Below the pieces are notes generated by a model. The model searched no databases. It had not been told where the DNA came from and saw only the letters and a list, made by a program, of their open reading frames with translations. From Eledone cirrhosa (taxonomy: Eukaryota): 64,000 bases of DNA. The stretch is taken from positions 351,168,001-351,232,000 of the forward strand of contig OZ024741.1 in assembly GCA_964016885.1 (NCBI GenBank), written 5' to 3'. The stretch's first letter is position 1. The number at the start of each line of letters is the position of its first letter. Shown here piece by piece: positions 39,201 to 51,552 of this stretch. The translations under genes and the position numbers were made by a program.

Positions 39201-42200
39201 TAAATCATCAAAATATACCCGCCAGCCACCATCGAGTTTTGTTTCCTCGGCTTATATTCAAGTATATACAGTAACTGATACTCTTTCTGAATTTAAGAAA
39301 TTTTTAAGAACCATGATACTGGCAGATATCATCTGTTTAGTCATTCACTCAATGATATGTAGGTACCCTTCAATCTACAAATACTCACCCTCCATCTTCC
39401 ACCTATGTCACTAACTTTCCAGTCTTACTCCTCTAACACCTCAATTTTCCCATCCTCCCTATCTCAGTTCCTAGTTCAACCATGCCAGCATGGATAAATA
39501 TGCACCTGACTGTATGCTGCTAGAAATTGTTCTGAAAGCCACCTTCGGTCAGCAATATGTGGTTTCGCACTCAGGCCTCAAACTGGTCAAGGACATAGTC
39601 AGTGATCTGATCTTGAAAATATTAGTGGTGGTGCCGAGATAGACGAACTTAGCCAAATCTGAAAGTTGGTGGTGCTAGTGCCAAAACAGAGGCATCAAGT
39701 CCACTCAATTAGGTGGTGGAGTGCTGTAGGAAAGGGGGTGGTCGTCCAATCATAGAGATCAGGCTAAACATATAACATATAAGCAAGGTGTTGTTGCATG
39801 GCATGTCTAACCTCAGAGCATGATGACCCATCTGGCTCATACAATCATGGAAAGTAGATGCAGAATTGTGATGATATACATACATACATTGTAGCCTACC
39901 CTGTAATGTGGTTGTGTTCATGAGAAACAAAAGAACCCAGTCTACCTTGTAAGATGGTCATACTGGTGTCATGATAAAAAGCACCCAGTTCACCCTGTAA
40001 AGTGGTTGTGCTGGTACCATGACAAAAAAGCACCCAATCCATCCAGTAAGGAGAGTTTCCTGGTATCACGACAAAAGCACCCAGCCCACACTATAAAAAA
40101 ATTGGCATTAAGAAGGGCATCCATTCATAGAAAACTAAGCCAAAAACAGACTGTAATTGTTGAGTCATTTTAGCCATTTAAAACCACATGGAAACTTAAT
40201 TCATTTTACATTTATCATTTATTTTTTGATGTCCGAATTTTCGTTGCCAACACTACAATGAAAATTTTGATAAATGTAAAGAGAATTTAACCGCTTTTGT
40301 GTGGTCTTGAATATCTAAAATTACCCTTACACAACATAATATAAAAACAGACTTACCATCAATAAAAAGATGTTCTTGAATAATATTTAACAAAAGATTC
40401 AGTTGTTTGTCTTGTAGATGCCTCTTCAGTTGGTTATAGGAGTCGCGAGACATCTTGATACTAAAGCTACTTGATCTGAAAGTTTACAAAAATTACCCCT
40501 TTTGTTAAAATATTTCCAATGAAAGACACTGCTTATAATCTTCAAACAATTTTGAAAATAATCAAGAATTTGGATGGATTTATTAATATAACTAACTTTC
40601 ACATTATCAAACTGTTGTTTGGAACATAAATCGTCTTGTATAAAATTATGATGGGAGGTTTTTAGATAAATGGAAACAATTCAAAATAAACAGTTTAGTG
40701 TCATAGATAATACTAATTCCTCAAATGAACATAAGGCCACAAACTCACTTGAAGTTTTCCATAAGAGTGTTCCCTTTCATATGTTCCTTTTTCGAGACAG
40801 TTGACAACTTCATTAAATCTTCACTGTAGTACTTTTCCTGATATTTGAAGAATTTATCAAAAAATTCTTTAGCTGAAAATAGACAAGATATAAAAAAAAG
40901 ATTTAAATTTAATATTAAAATATGAACTGGATTCATGAATAAAGTGTGGGGTGCATCGGGGTGAAGAGAGTAGAGTAGCTACCAGGGTGCAATAGTGAGG
41001 GTATCTAATGAGGGGACATGAATGGAGTGGGGGATAATAGTGATGGTGAGGATATTAGTTAGGGTGAAGATGTGGGAAACAGAGATGAGTCAGGTGACAT
41101 TGTATGCTGTTAGCCGGGTTTTCACAAGCACAGCAAACCAGAACACTTCATGACACAACACGTGTGAACTACTTTTCTGTCTCTCCTCACTATTCTTTCT
41201 ACCATTTATTGCTTTCTTTTTCCTCCATTCCTCCAGTCTTGTCTTTTTCGTTTAATGGCTCTTTATACCTTATCATTACACGACCATGTCACCCTCTGTC
41301 TTGGTGGGACCTTGATCCAGCCGCAGACCTGGCTCATGGCCTCCAGCAGGTTGTCCCATAGAAATTCCCAATTTTTCTGTTATATGTCTCCAACTCTTCT
41401 TCCTTATTGTCATAGACATCAAGTAGGATTTCTCTGAATTTGTTACCTACAGAATGTTCTCTCAGCTGCCATGTCTTCCTTCACCTTATTATGCAATAAT
41501 TGTTTCTACTTTAGGCACAAGGCCAGCAATCACCAGTTCATTACTGGTACTTTATTTTATCGACCCCGTAAGGATGAAAGGCAAAGTCAACCTCGGCGGG
41601 ATTTGAACTCAGATCGTAAAGGGACGTAACTATGCTGGAAAGCATGGCGTCCGACCCTCTACCGATACTGCCAATCCACGGAATGATGACACAATATGAT
41701 GTTTTGTGTGATTTTCTCTAGTTCATTTTTTCATTTTCTCCATTTTCTTCTTTTGCTCCTTTCTCTTAATTACTGCTACGAGCCAACACACTTTTAACTG
41801 TTTATTCCTGTCCTTTGAGGTAAGATTTTAACTGATACCATCATTGACAGCATATTGCTGTTTTGGCAGCTATCCTTGCATTGAGTTTTACTCATTATTC
41901 TATAAATTCTAATACACTCGCATCTCAACTCAATCTTCAAGAAAATATATATCTGTATTTATGTTTACTGTTTATATTGTATTCTGAACAATGCTGTCTT
42001 AGTACTATTGCTTATTAGTCATAATTAAAATTTCAAATATACAAACCATGTGCTTCATGTTCATTGTAGACTAATTCCAGGTACATGTGAACAAAGATAG
42101 GATAAAGTATAATTGACACTTCAACCTGAAAAACAAAACAAAAAACAAGAACAATTCATCATATATATATATATATACAGTCCTATATAAGAGAGATATG

Positions 42201-45200
42201 GTCACCCGACCCAACTTGCCTCTAAATGGGACAAACCCGTCTAACACATGCTAGCATGGAAGATAGACGTTAAACGATGATGATGATGATATATATAATA
42301 TATTGAAGAGAACCAAGGTCTTTAAATTAAATTCCTCTTTAATTCCTACAATTATTTCTATATAGATGAGAAGCTTGTATATACATGCAAACAATGAATG
42401 AATCTGTTATAATTAATTGATAATTATTCACATAGTATATAAACATACCTGCATATCACCAGGAGTATTTAAAAGGATTAAATTCAACACAAACACATAT
42501 CAAGAACATTAGCAAGTAATGAATATAGGCAAGCAACCTTCAGAAGACTCTTTCAATTGTTCTGAATTCCTACTTACTGTAGACCTCAAGTGCACATTGA
42601 GCCTTTCACACCTTACCAAAATTAATAGTGGAATATTCCATTATAATCACTCACACACATTTATATATAGGCAGGCTAGCAAAGAACGCAGGTTTTATGT
42701 CGTCGTTGCACAGGTGCAGTAATTAGCAACGGCCCACAGGATACTAACTCCTTTAAATGCCCAGAAGGCTTGGTAGAAGTAGTTAATAGTTTCCGTTACC
42801 TGAGCAACTAAATTAGCAGTGGAGGTGGATGTTCCAAAATTACTGTAGCCAGAGTGAAAACGGGATGGAGAAAGTTCAGGGAGCTACTAACACTGCTAAT
42901 CATAAAAGGTTTTTCCTTCAAAACAAAGGGCAGATGTGTGTATACAAAAAGCAATGTTGCATGGCAGAGAGACTTGGGCTCTGTGTGTAGAGGATATACG
43001 AAGATTGGAAGGAAATGAAGCTTCTATGCTTTGATGGATGTGTCATAGTAATATACATGAACAGCAAAGCGTAAATGAACTGAGAAAGAAACTCGGCATA
43101 AAAAGGATGAGATGCAGTCTGCAAGAGAGGAGAATGCTTTGATATGGACATGTGATATATATGAAGGACGATAGCTATATAAAAAGGTGCAGGTGTCTCA
43201 AAGTTGATGGAAGACTTGGGATGAGGTGATGAAAGCTGACCTTGCACAATTGCACCTCTCGAAGGCAATGAGACAGGATCAAGATCTCTGGTGCTATGCA
43301 GTAATACAGAAGACTCATCTTCCCAAGTGAACAGGTTGAAGCATACATCTTGTATGCACCGCCTTCCCCCTCGCCTTTCCAGACACATCCTAACACTCCA
43401 CCATAGACCTACCTCTCCAATCTCACCTTACCCAATACTGTATAGTGGTTGTATAGGTGACAACAAAAAATGCCTATCCCACGCGGTAAAGTGGGTCGTG
43501 TTGATGACACAAAAAAAATCGTCCAGCTCACACTAAAGTGGTCGTTTAGGTGTCACAACAAAAAGCACCCAACACACACTGTAAATGTGGTTGGTGTTAG
43601 GAAGGGCATCCAGCTGTAGAAAGCAAGCCAAAACCAGTTCTGTATGAGTAAGACACAGTCATCTGACCTGGTTTGTCTCAATGGGGCGACTCATTTAACA
43701 CACCTAGTGTGGAAAAATGGATATTAAATGCTGATGATGATGATATATGGTGGTGTCACAGTCTAATGACTGAAAAAAGTAAAAGATTGTATATAATGAA
43801 CCCAGTGCACTCTGTGAAGTGGTACAGCTGATAAAATGCATTCAGTACACTGTAAAGTGGTTGGTATTAGCAAGGGCATCCATGTGTAGAAACAATGCCA
43901 AAATCTGGAACATATGAGCATAATATGGCTCTCCAATACCAGCTTTATATGTGGGACCAGATGATGGAAATTGATATTAACCTATCAGATGGACTATTGC
44001 TGTATAATCCATATTGTGGTTCCATCATCATAATCATTATTAGCTGTTCTTCCATGCTGGCATAGATTAGCCAGGTTGTCACAGACAGTACTTATTAAAA
44101 GCTACTCTTCTCCCAGACGGACTGAAGGCCATTTTATGCTTGTGTGTGTTTTAATTTTGGCATGGTTTCAACAGCTGGATGCCTTCCCTAACATCAACCT
44201 CTTTACAGAATGTACTGGATGTATTTTAACTTGACACCAATGCTAGAAAACTTGTCAGTTACTGACTCAACTAAAGAGCCTCTCAACCCCACGCTATTGT
44301 TACTGGTGGAGTATTTTTTAAAAATAAAAAAAAATATAGGACATTGAATCTCACCTTATGAACATCCAAACAAGATTCAATAAAATTCATCAAGTCTGTA
44401 TAATAATCATCATAGAGGGTTGGATCATCTTCACTACAAACAGAAGAAACAGATATTCTACTGGTTAACATTCATTATAATTGTGTTTTCTATTTACAAT
44501 TGCAGGGCAATCAAAATTGATGGAAGTTACGGAGTAGGTAGACCCAGAAAAACCTGGGACGACTAGATAAATTACGACCTTGCACCTCTCTAAGACAATG
44601 CCACTGGATCAAGATCTTTGGCGCCACGCAGTAATACAGAAGACCCGCCTTCCCTACGTGCAAAGTTAACCTACAGTCAGTAGGCCCCTCCAAACCAAAC
44701 ATACACCCAAACCCACTACCCCATCCTTCCACTCCCACCAACACCACCCTTTCTCTATAAAGTTATGTTGGTACCACAACATCCAGTCCAAACTAATGAG
44801 GTTGTGTAGGTGTCACGACAAAAAAAAAAAAAAACACTCCACGCTGTAATGTGGTTGTGTAGGTAACACGGTAAAAAGCTCCCAGTCCACACTGTAAATG
44901 TGGTTGGTGTTAGGAAGGGCATTCAGCCATAGAAAACCTGCCAGATAGTCCCATACGAATGAGACACGGTCACCCAACCAATCTTGCCTTAAATGGGACA
45001 ATTCCCGTCTAACCCATGCTAGCGTGGAAGATAGACGTTAAACAATAATGATGATAATGATGATGAATGAACAACAAGCATTTTAAGCCCATTTTTTTTT
45101 TTTGCCAAAGAAAGCTTAAACCTTTCATCAACATACTTTTAATGAAATACACTCAATTTCAATTAATTAATGAAGAATTTTGAGGGATCTACTAAAATTA

Positions 45201-47910
45201 TTAATTACTCTCTTACTGAGATAGTAACATATAGTTCTTATATAAAATTCTTTTGGAAGATTTTAATTTAAAATGGGTGGTTTGGGCCAGGTTGGTATGA
45301 AATGGATTAATAATAATCCTCCTGGGATCCTTTTTTTGAGGCAAGATTTTAAGGTCAGATACCCTTCATGGAGCCAATCCTTTTGTCTCTTTTAACATGT
45401 GGAGATACAGTGTACCTATTCTAATACATAGAAGATAGAATAAATGTTGCGAACAAAGAAATTCCAGTTTCCTCCTCAACTGTTAACCTGCATCAAATCA
45501 AATGTTATCTTTGTTAACCCTTTCATTATCATATTTCTTATAAAAGATACTGCCAATGATTTACAAATAATTTTGAGAATAATCAAGAATTTGGAAGGCT
45601 TTAATGATATAACTTTCTTATTACTAAACTGATGTTTGGAGCATAACTTAAAGGTTCTTAGATAAAATTATGATGGAAGTTTTTGAGATAACAACAAACA
45701 GTTTAGTACCATAAATGCAAGGGATGTTTCAGGCAGTCTGGTATCAAAAAGATTATAGCATGACCGTATTGTTAAGAAGTTCACTTTTCAGATTCAACAA
45801 AAATCATGGATATAATTAAAGAAGACTGATCACAAACCTTTTGTAGGCAGCCAAAGCATGAGACACTTCAGACTCGCTGGGTTCTGCACTTTCAATTTTA
45901 ACATCTTCATCTTTAATGTTAGCTTCTTGTCGAAGAAGGGACTCTGTACTCTAAAACAGAGAAAGAGAGAAAATGGAAGTGAAAAAAAAAATTTTTTTTT
46001 AAATATCAATAGAATCAATTTACACCTTTTGTTGAAAAGCCCCATAAATGTTTTAAAGGTCATTTTGCCTCCCAATTAGCTTTGCAGTCCCAATGACAAA
46101 CTTCTTTATTTTGCCTTATCCCTTTCATCATCCCTCACCAACACCATGGCTTTCATTTCCTCTTCCATCTCTTTTGGTGGTGCTCTTAAATTAATGGAAA
46201 TAAAAAGAAAGATTTCTCCTCTGACATTAGAAACGGTTGGCATCTAGCACAAGTTACTTTGTGAAAAGCTGACAAAGGATAAATCTGACCCCTGGATAAG
46301 AAACTAATCTATTTTAGGGAATCTGATTTGAACTCAATATTTCGAATGGCCAGGGGAAACTGAGGTTTATAGAATTAAATCTATCTACATACACAATTGT
46401 GGATCTGAACTCAATACAATTTGACTTGGTAGTCTAACATCAGATCAACTTGGCTATTTGTGTGAAGGGTTCAACTGAAAACTTCATTTGGCTCAATCAC
46501 TCACAACACAAAAATATTGGTGGAGCCAAACAGAGATAAGAGGCATTTAATCATTTGGTTACTTTATTTCTAATGAAAAACACTGACTATGATTTTCAAA
46601 TAAGTTTGAAATTAATCAAGAATGTGAAGGGATTTAGTAATATGACCAACTTTCTCCTTAAGTTGGTGTTTGGAGCATAACAAAAGAAAACCTTTTAGAT
46701 AAATTTCTCTAAAACGCCAACAATTTTACAGAATGTATTGGGTGCATTTAATTCATAGAGAGGTAATATCCTTGACGTCTAAACAGGTTTTAGGAAAAGG
46801 GAGGACACAATGTCGTTCAATATAGTATATCGTAGTTAGAGAAGCGATCTGCCCTGGGCACCATTGAGGAGGTGGCACTTTTTTCGTTGGATAGCACATT
46901 CTAGTTACGTGATTGTCTAAATAACTGTAAAAAGACGAGATTGTCACAGCTGGAATGCTTTGGGCGTGACATTGAGATGAAAAAACAAAACAACTATAAT
47001 TAAGGTAACGATGTTACACTTCCATAATTAACTAGGACCATGCTTGAAACATCAAATCCCGCTCACCAAAGCTTATCAGCTGTTTTGGTATTATATCAAC
47101 ATAGATCAGTCATGTTTACTCGAACTGTAGATATTGTTTAAAACACGGTGGTCAGCATTGACCCAGCTGTAATCATTCCACCTTAACTTCAGACACTGTA
47201 TGATATTAGGGAGTCCCAACCAGTCCGTCAGCTAAGTTTAATATTTAATCATAATATTCAAATAAAAGGGGTCCTTGGTAATGAAAAGGTTGGCAACCTC
47301 CAGTGCATATCCAGGTTAACTTTGCCTTTCATCCTTACGGGGTCGATAAAATAAAGTACCAGTAATGCACTGGATAATTGCTGGCCTTGTGCCAAAAGTA
47401 GAAACAATTATTTAGTGTTTTTCATTTTTTAAATGTTTGTGACTTAAGGAGATCCAACTGCTATTTCTGGAAAATCAATCGACCAAGTAGAAGCTCCCTC
47501 ATAAGATAGTCGGATTATATTCGCTATCATAAAAATAACAGATAATATCAATAACCATGTTCTGTTTGTTTTCCCCACATAACGAAAACGAAATTTCAAG
47601 AGTCTTAATAACTTATAAAAAAAAAGAATAAGAAAAAAGGGCCAGTTTTTCATCTAATTTACTATATGTATTAATTATATAAAAATATGTAAAGGTAAAT
47701 TGGATTTGAATACAAATATAGCGGTGGCATTTTGTTATAAACGATAATATAACATTATACAATAATTTAATACTTCGTAGATTATTTTTATTTGGACGTT
47801 ACCTTTAGATTGCTTTTCCGCAAGAACTGTAAGACAGCTAAAAGTGTTTGTTTATCAAAATTCTCCGGTTTCTGTGTATCTACAACGTCCGATACTGCAG
47901 AGCTCGCCAT
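24122..47910 (-). CDS. TAF5: Transcription initiation factor TFIID subunit 5 (LisH, NTD2, WD40 repeats); 19 coding exons, 1992 nt, 663 aa
   Basis: All 19 exons join in phase from ATG to TAA. Motifs DKQTLLAVLQFL, LYPIFVHMYLELV, PSICFYT, YKGHNYPVWDV, FHPNSNYIATGS and TKSTPV..LHFT.RNL match known TAF5. Confidence 0.97.
24860..25343 (+). mobile_element. Non-autonomous Helitron family A nested in a TTAA-type MITE
   Basis: TTTAAACTATAATAAAG ... hairpin + CTAG|t; MITE sequence continues on both sides (~24760-25497). Confidence 0.85.
25578..25674 (-). CDS. TAF5: TAF5 exon 18
   Basis: GLDNSVKLWDVTKVFED...; AAG/GAG tandem acceptor. Confidence 0.92.
26725..26890 (+). mobile_element. L1/Tx1 RT fragment
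   Basis: DNFRPITLLNTEF..LAKVLAKRLAHVV. Confidence 0.7.
27565..27687 (-). CDS. TAF5: TAF5 exon 17
   Basis: VDQVIHLWD...LKGHSNTVYSLCFSKEGAILAS. Confidence 0.95.
28852..28906 (-). CDS. TAF5: TAF5 exon 16
   Basis: ASIHVLQYSPDGRYLASA. Confidence 0.93.
29334..29447 (-). CDS. TAF5: TAF5 exon 15
   Basis: CVQFHPNSNYIATGSSDR...MTGHK. Confidence 0.96.
29912..30023 (-). CDS. TAF5: TAF5 exon 14
   Basis: PHRMYFASAGHDRTARLW...PLRIFADHLCDVD. Confidence 0.95.
31125..31206 (-). CDS. TAF5: TAF5 exon 13
   Basis: RLWSLMTWSNLVCYKGHNYPVWDVKF. Confidence 0.95.
32198..32335 (-). CDS. TAF5: TAF5 exon 12
   Basis: DVLERMMDD...LLGHSNSVHSVSFSPD...DGT. Confidence 0.95.
32700..33250 (-). mobile_element. Decayed RTE fragment
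   Basis: MQFAFMLGKSSKDAFFLVRQLQEKFLAKN, homologous to the 51984 ORF. Confidence 0.8.
33529..33979. mobile_element. pogo/Tc2-like non-autonomous DNA transposon; shorter relative at 39107-39271
   Basis: TIRs of type CTGTATATACTCNAATATAAG with TA flanks (clearest at 39107-39271). Confidence 0.7.
34581..35020 (+). mobile_element. Probable LINE 5' end (structured 5'UTR plus ORF start) between (TA)n tracts
   Basis: GC-richer segment with several hairpins, then ATG ORF leading to a frameshifted VGS-FNI APE motif-I-like stretch. Confidence 0.5.
35188..35333 (-). CDS. TAF5: TAF5 exon 11
   Basis: VTAVDFSDDSSLLCAGF...IIDKEA. Confidence 0.95.
35801..35875. repeat. 75-bp near-perfect palindrome, 1-nt loop
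   Basis: tgtgtttgaacaacaaaaacagaagtc-a-gacttctgtttttattgttcaaacaca. Confidence 0.9.
36294..36413 (-). CDS. TAF5: TAF5 exon 10
   Basis: KDFDKMEK...MPSICFYTFMNSYQ. Confidence 0.95.
36901..36992 (-). CDS. TAF5: TAF5 exon 9
   Basis: KKKPKKDPL...DPNAPSNTRIPLPE. Confidence 0.95.
37573..37670 (-). CDS. TAF5: TAF5 exon 8
   Basis: NKSRMYYGLLKEPELN...DKPK. Confidence 0.95.
37868..38111. mobile_element. Old ~250-bp TTAA-flanked (piggyBac-like) MITE; many decayed copies (e.g. ~28575-28812, 31980-32180, 35365-35550, 38300-38550, 40495-40700, 45117-45310, 45515-45755)
   Basis: ttaa|ccctttt ... aaag(g)g|ttaa ends; shared core gaaaataatcaagaatttg.agggatttagtaa. Confidence 0.7.
38950..39027 (-). CDS. TAF5: TAF5 exon 7
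   Basis: YDGVPRTKQQIDAVAGGFLGEAKRE. Confidence 0.95.
40357..40475 (-). CDS. TAF5: TAF5 exon 6
   Basis: MSRDSYNQLKRHLQ...IIQEHLFID. Confidence 0.95.
40749..40872 (-). CDS. TAF5: TAF5 exon 5
   Basis: AKEFFDKF...HMKGNTLMENF. Confidence 0.95.
42047..42125 (-). CDS. TAF5: TAF5 exon 4
   Basis: VEVSIILYPIFVHMYLELVYNEHEAH. Confidence 0.95.
42690..43745 (+). mobile_element. Decayed RTE 3' portion with 3'UTR
   Basis: Homologous to 53380-54333 (GWRKFRELL, LEGNEASML, GHV). Confidence 0.8.
44355..44433 (-). CDS. TAF5: TAF5 exon 3
   Basis: EDDPTLYDDYY...LDVHK. Confidence 0.94.
45838..45950 (-). CDS. TAF5: TAF5 exon 2
   Basis: STESLLRQEA...VSHALAAYK. Confidence 0.92.
47803..47910 (-). CDS. TAF5: TAF5 exon 1
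   Basis: MASSAV...DKQTLLAVLQFLRKSNLK. Confidence 0.93.
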
Positions 47911-48299
47911 AATTACAAACTCTGAGAAACAGATGAAAACTAACAGTGAACCTGCGCAAAATATCACCAGTCGTTACATACTTCCGGTTGTCAAAGGGAA
48001 GTAAATCTTGAATCATATTGAAGCAAGTCTGCACGAATTGTCTCCCTTCGATTGGTTTAAATGTTGCAACAGTAACAGTATTGCCGCCAACCCGGTGTAA
48101 TTTTCAAGAATATCCTTCATTACAATTGTTTTTACTTTTGGGGCAAGGCCAGCAATTATATCAGGGTATTACTGGTACTTTATTTTATCGACCCCTTCAT
48201 TATAATGGTCGGCCTCCCAACTTGTCTGCATACATGTGGTTTTCTAGAAAAGATCTCTGCCGGCTGGTTCATTGTGACGTTTCACATGTCCAGCTAATG

Positions 48300-48575
48300 C
48301 GAGCCTACTGCGCAATATGATGTAGGAAAGGCGAGGGTGTGAACCTTAGAGCGATTTATTTGCTACGTATGTTTTTCAGATGCTCTAGACTTGTCCCAGC
48401 ATTCGCGTGAATGCGCCATTAATCCCCTTTGTGGGTGTTTTGTTAATGTCCATAGCTCACATCCGTAGAGGAGAATGGACTCGACCATTGCTTTGAATAG
48501 CTTCATTTTCGTGGTTTTCTTGATACACACACATTTGATACGGAGTTGAGAGCCCAACACCTCCACCCAAGCCTA
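48300..48575 (-). mobile_element. RTE-clade fragment
   Basis: KMKLFKAMVESILLYGCELWTLTK. Confidence 0.7.
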
Positions 48576-48990
48576 AAAATACTTTGATCAAAATAAATAA
48601 ATAAAACCAAACTCCAAAACACTAACGAATACATCACAAGCATATTAATAATTCTATAACAAAGAATGAAGATGTAACTTCGTACGAAGTATTCACACTT
48701 GTTTAAAGCAGACGATAATTACTTTTGTACGTGCGTCATCGTGTTTGTGTGTATCATTTAAGTGATTGAACAGTTTTTAATGAAAATACTTTTGTATGTA
48801 CAGGCTCTGCTTATTTCCTAAATGCATCACTAACTCTTTTCACGCTCTAACCTAACTCTCTCTTAACGCTTGTTTTGCAGGATTTAAACATTGAGCAAAA
48901 TGCCTCGGTCCGTGGCTGGCAATTACAACCAATAAACCTGTCTCTACTCTACTTTGAAATGTGAATGTATACTTCCACTTTTGATAGATA

Positions 48991-49091
48991 CAGGGTGTCC
49001 CCCCAAAATGTATACACACTTTGATTACCTGTACAGACAATATTTAGTTATCTGTTGTTGAAGTGTGTATACATTTTTGGGGAACACCCTG
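48991..49091. mobile_element. Tc1/mariner-type MITE, 101 bp
   Basis: ~30-bp TIRs cagggtgtcccccaaaatgtatacacactt / aagtgtgtatacatttttggggaacaccctg, TA at left flank. Confidence 0.85.
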
Positions 49092-49607
49092 TGTGTGTGT
49101 GTGTATATATATATAGAGAGGGAGAGAAAAAGAGAGAGCAGAAAATAAATAAGTAGTTAGAGATAGAAAGGGTGTGGAAGATAGACATGCAGTAAAGAGT
49201 GGTAGGGAGAGAGATTCTCATCCGGCGGAAACAGTGAAACTGCGGGAAATACAGTCAGTGTGTTTATATTGTTTTGCTTAAAAAAAACCTCTAAAACTTT
49301 TGAACTTTTTTCAAAGTGGACGATATTACGCAAAAAGGTAATATAATACAGTATAAGATTATTTCAATGAAATAATATTCTTAAAAGTAATCAACAGATT
49401 GATTTTAGTGTTATGGATTGCATATATTTATGTTGTTTAATTCACGTCTGTCCTAAGTAGCAGCTCCGTTCGTTTGTTTGTATATATGTGTGTATTCCTT
49501 TCAAATGGAAAAGCGAAGGAAAATATTAGTCATGAATATAAGTGATCAGAATAAGTATAATCGTAACATTCTGGTGATATATGTATGTGTGCGCGCGCGA
49601 GTGAAAT

Positions 49608-49647
<40 letters not shown>

Positions 49648-49834
49648 ATTATAGAGGTTGACTTTGCCTTTCATCCTTACGGGGTCGATAAAATAAAGTA
49701 TCAGTAATGAACTGGGTAATTGCTGGCCTTGTGCCTAAAGTAGAAACAATTATTATTATTATTATTACAGCGATTCTTTGCTTAAACTTTAATCTGTTAT
49801 TTTTAAAAATATTTGCTCTACGGTTCTTATATTA

Positions 49835-50780
49835 AAGAATGCCACAGTACTAAAGTACGCAGACGACATCAAGCTGTACCATGAGGTAAAAAGGACAGAT
49901 CCTGAACACTATAGATCTTGCTTGCAGTCTGACCTGGACACAATGCAACAATGGATCTCAGACTGGCAACTCAAGCTAGCTGTGGACAAGTGCACCACCA
50001 TGCATTTTGGGAGTAAAAACCCAGCGTCCACATACTCCCTCCACAGCACTAATATCAAGAAGTCTTCTTGTGAACGTGACTTGGGCATTACGGTCAGCAG
50101 CGATTTGCGTTGGACGAGGCACGTCTCTAAAATTGTCAAGAGGGCCGAGGGTGTCTTAGCATCACTCAGCAAGACCTTTGTCAGCCGCTCTCCAGATATC
50201 TATTTAAGGCTGTACATGGCTATGGTGCGGCCACACTTAGAATTTGCATCACCAGTCTGGAACCCCTATCTTGCTCAGGACATTGACCGCCTGGAAACTG
50301 TTCAGAGACGTGCAACCAAGTGAATACCCTCCATCAGGCATCTACCATACTCTGAGCGCCTTGCTTCCTTGGGCATGGATACATTGAAGCTCCGACGCCT
50401 GGCAACTGACTTGGTAAACACCCACAAAATTGTTAACCATGTTGCCAACAACAACCCTGAGTACCTTTTTGATTTCCATGTGTCTAACATACGTGGACAT
50501 GCCCACAAAGTAAGAAAACAGCACAGTTCCCATGACTTTTGGAAACATTTTTTCACGCTCAGAGTTGCTGAAGCATGGAACAAACTACCTGCATCAGTTG
50601 TTAGCTGTCGAGACACTGCATCCTTTAAGGCCTCCATGCTTCCCCAGATCCGCCAACACTACAGCTAACACATACACACACGTACTTCTCTGACATTTGT
50701 GTATTATTCTATGTACTATACATACACCTTTGACGAGTTGTAGTGCACCTGAGCACTTTACACAATAATTTGATTATATT
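49835..50780 (+). mobile_element. 5'-truncated CR1-clade LINE (RT C-terminus, one premature stop, 3'UTR)
   Basis: KYADDIKLY..LQSDLD..ERDLGI..LYMAMVRPHLEFASPVWNPY..LETVQRRATK*..HFFTLRVAEAWNKLP. Confidence 0.92.
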
Positions 50781-51552
50781 ATATATATATATTTTTATAT
50801 ATTTGATATATATTTATCCTTATCGAGCCCTCTTTGGATTTTAGTCTTCAAATTTATTATTATTACTATATATATTATATATATATATAATATATATAAT
50901 ATAAATAACTTTTATATATATATTTATTTACATGGAGTTCTGATCTACTGATGTTAGTGGTCAACAAAGAAGGAAATTCACCCCCACCACTCCCCCGTAA
51001 CAGCTATATTGCCTCCAACGCCCCCATCCCCCTCATCCGAACCCCACTACCAGAGTTAATGTTGTTCACCCGGTTCTCCCCTCTACTTCTATCGCTTACC
51101 TACCACCACCGTCTTCTCCACCCTGTTTGAATCCTAATCCCCCTGATGCTGCCAATTCACCACCAAACTGTTCTTTTCTCAAGTCGATATTTGAAGACCA
51201 TCAAATGTCACTCATGTAGCCTAAGCTATCACCGGAGCTGAGTTGGCGTTACTAATACTCAAGTTGAAAATTTCTCAAACTAGATGTGAAACAAATGCCA
51301 CTTTGTTACCTCTGTGCCTATCCAACAACATCTTGGATTGGCAGAAACTATTCTTGTTTCCCCTAGTTTTTCTCCACATGTCCAACGCAAAATCCGGATC
51401 CCTCACATCTTCCCTAAAACAGCAGTTTGAGCTGTTTGAATCCATCTCAATTACTGTTCATTTCAGGTCGGTGAGCAACTTAATTCTGATCAATGGACGA
51501 TCGCTGAACTTACAGAAGGCCATCAACACCAAATTCAATGAATGTCGATATG

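Larger units (their letters stand above)
47911..49337. promoter_or_regulatory. Divergent promoter region TAF5/FIGNL1, with possible FIGNL1 5'UTR exon ending at 49337
   Basis: ETS-type CTTCCGG at 47981 about 70 bp above the TAF5 ATG; CGGAAA/GGGAAA motifs near 49225-49250; plus-strand donor AAG|gtaata at 49337. Confidence 0.4.
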
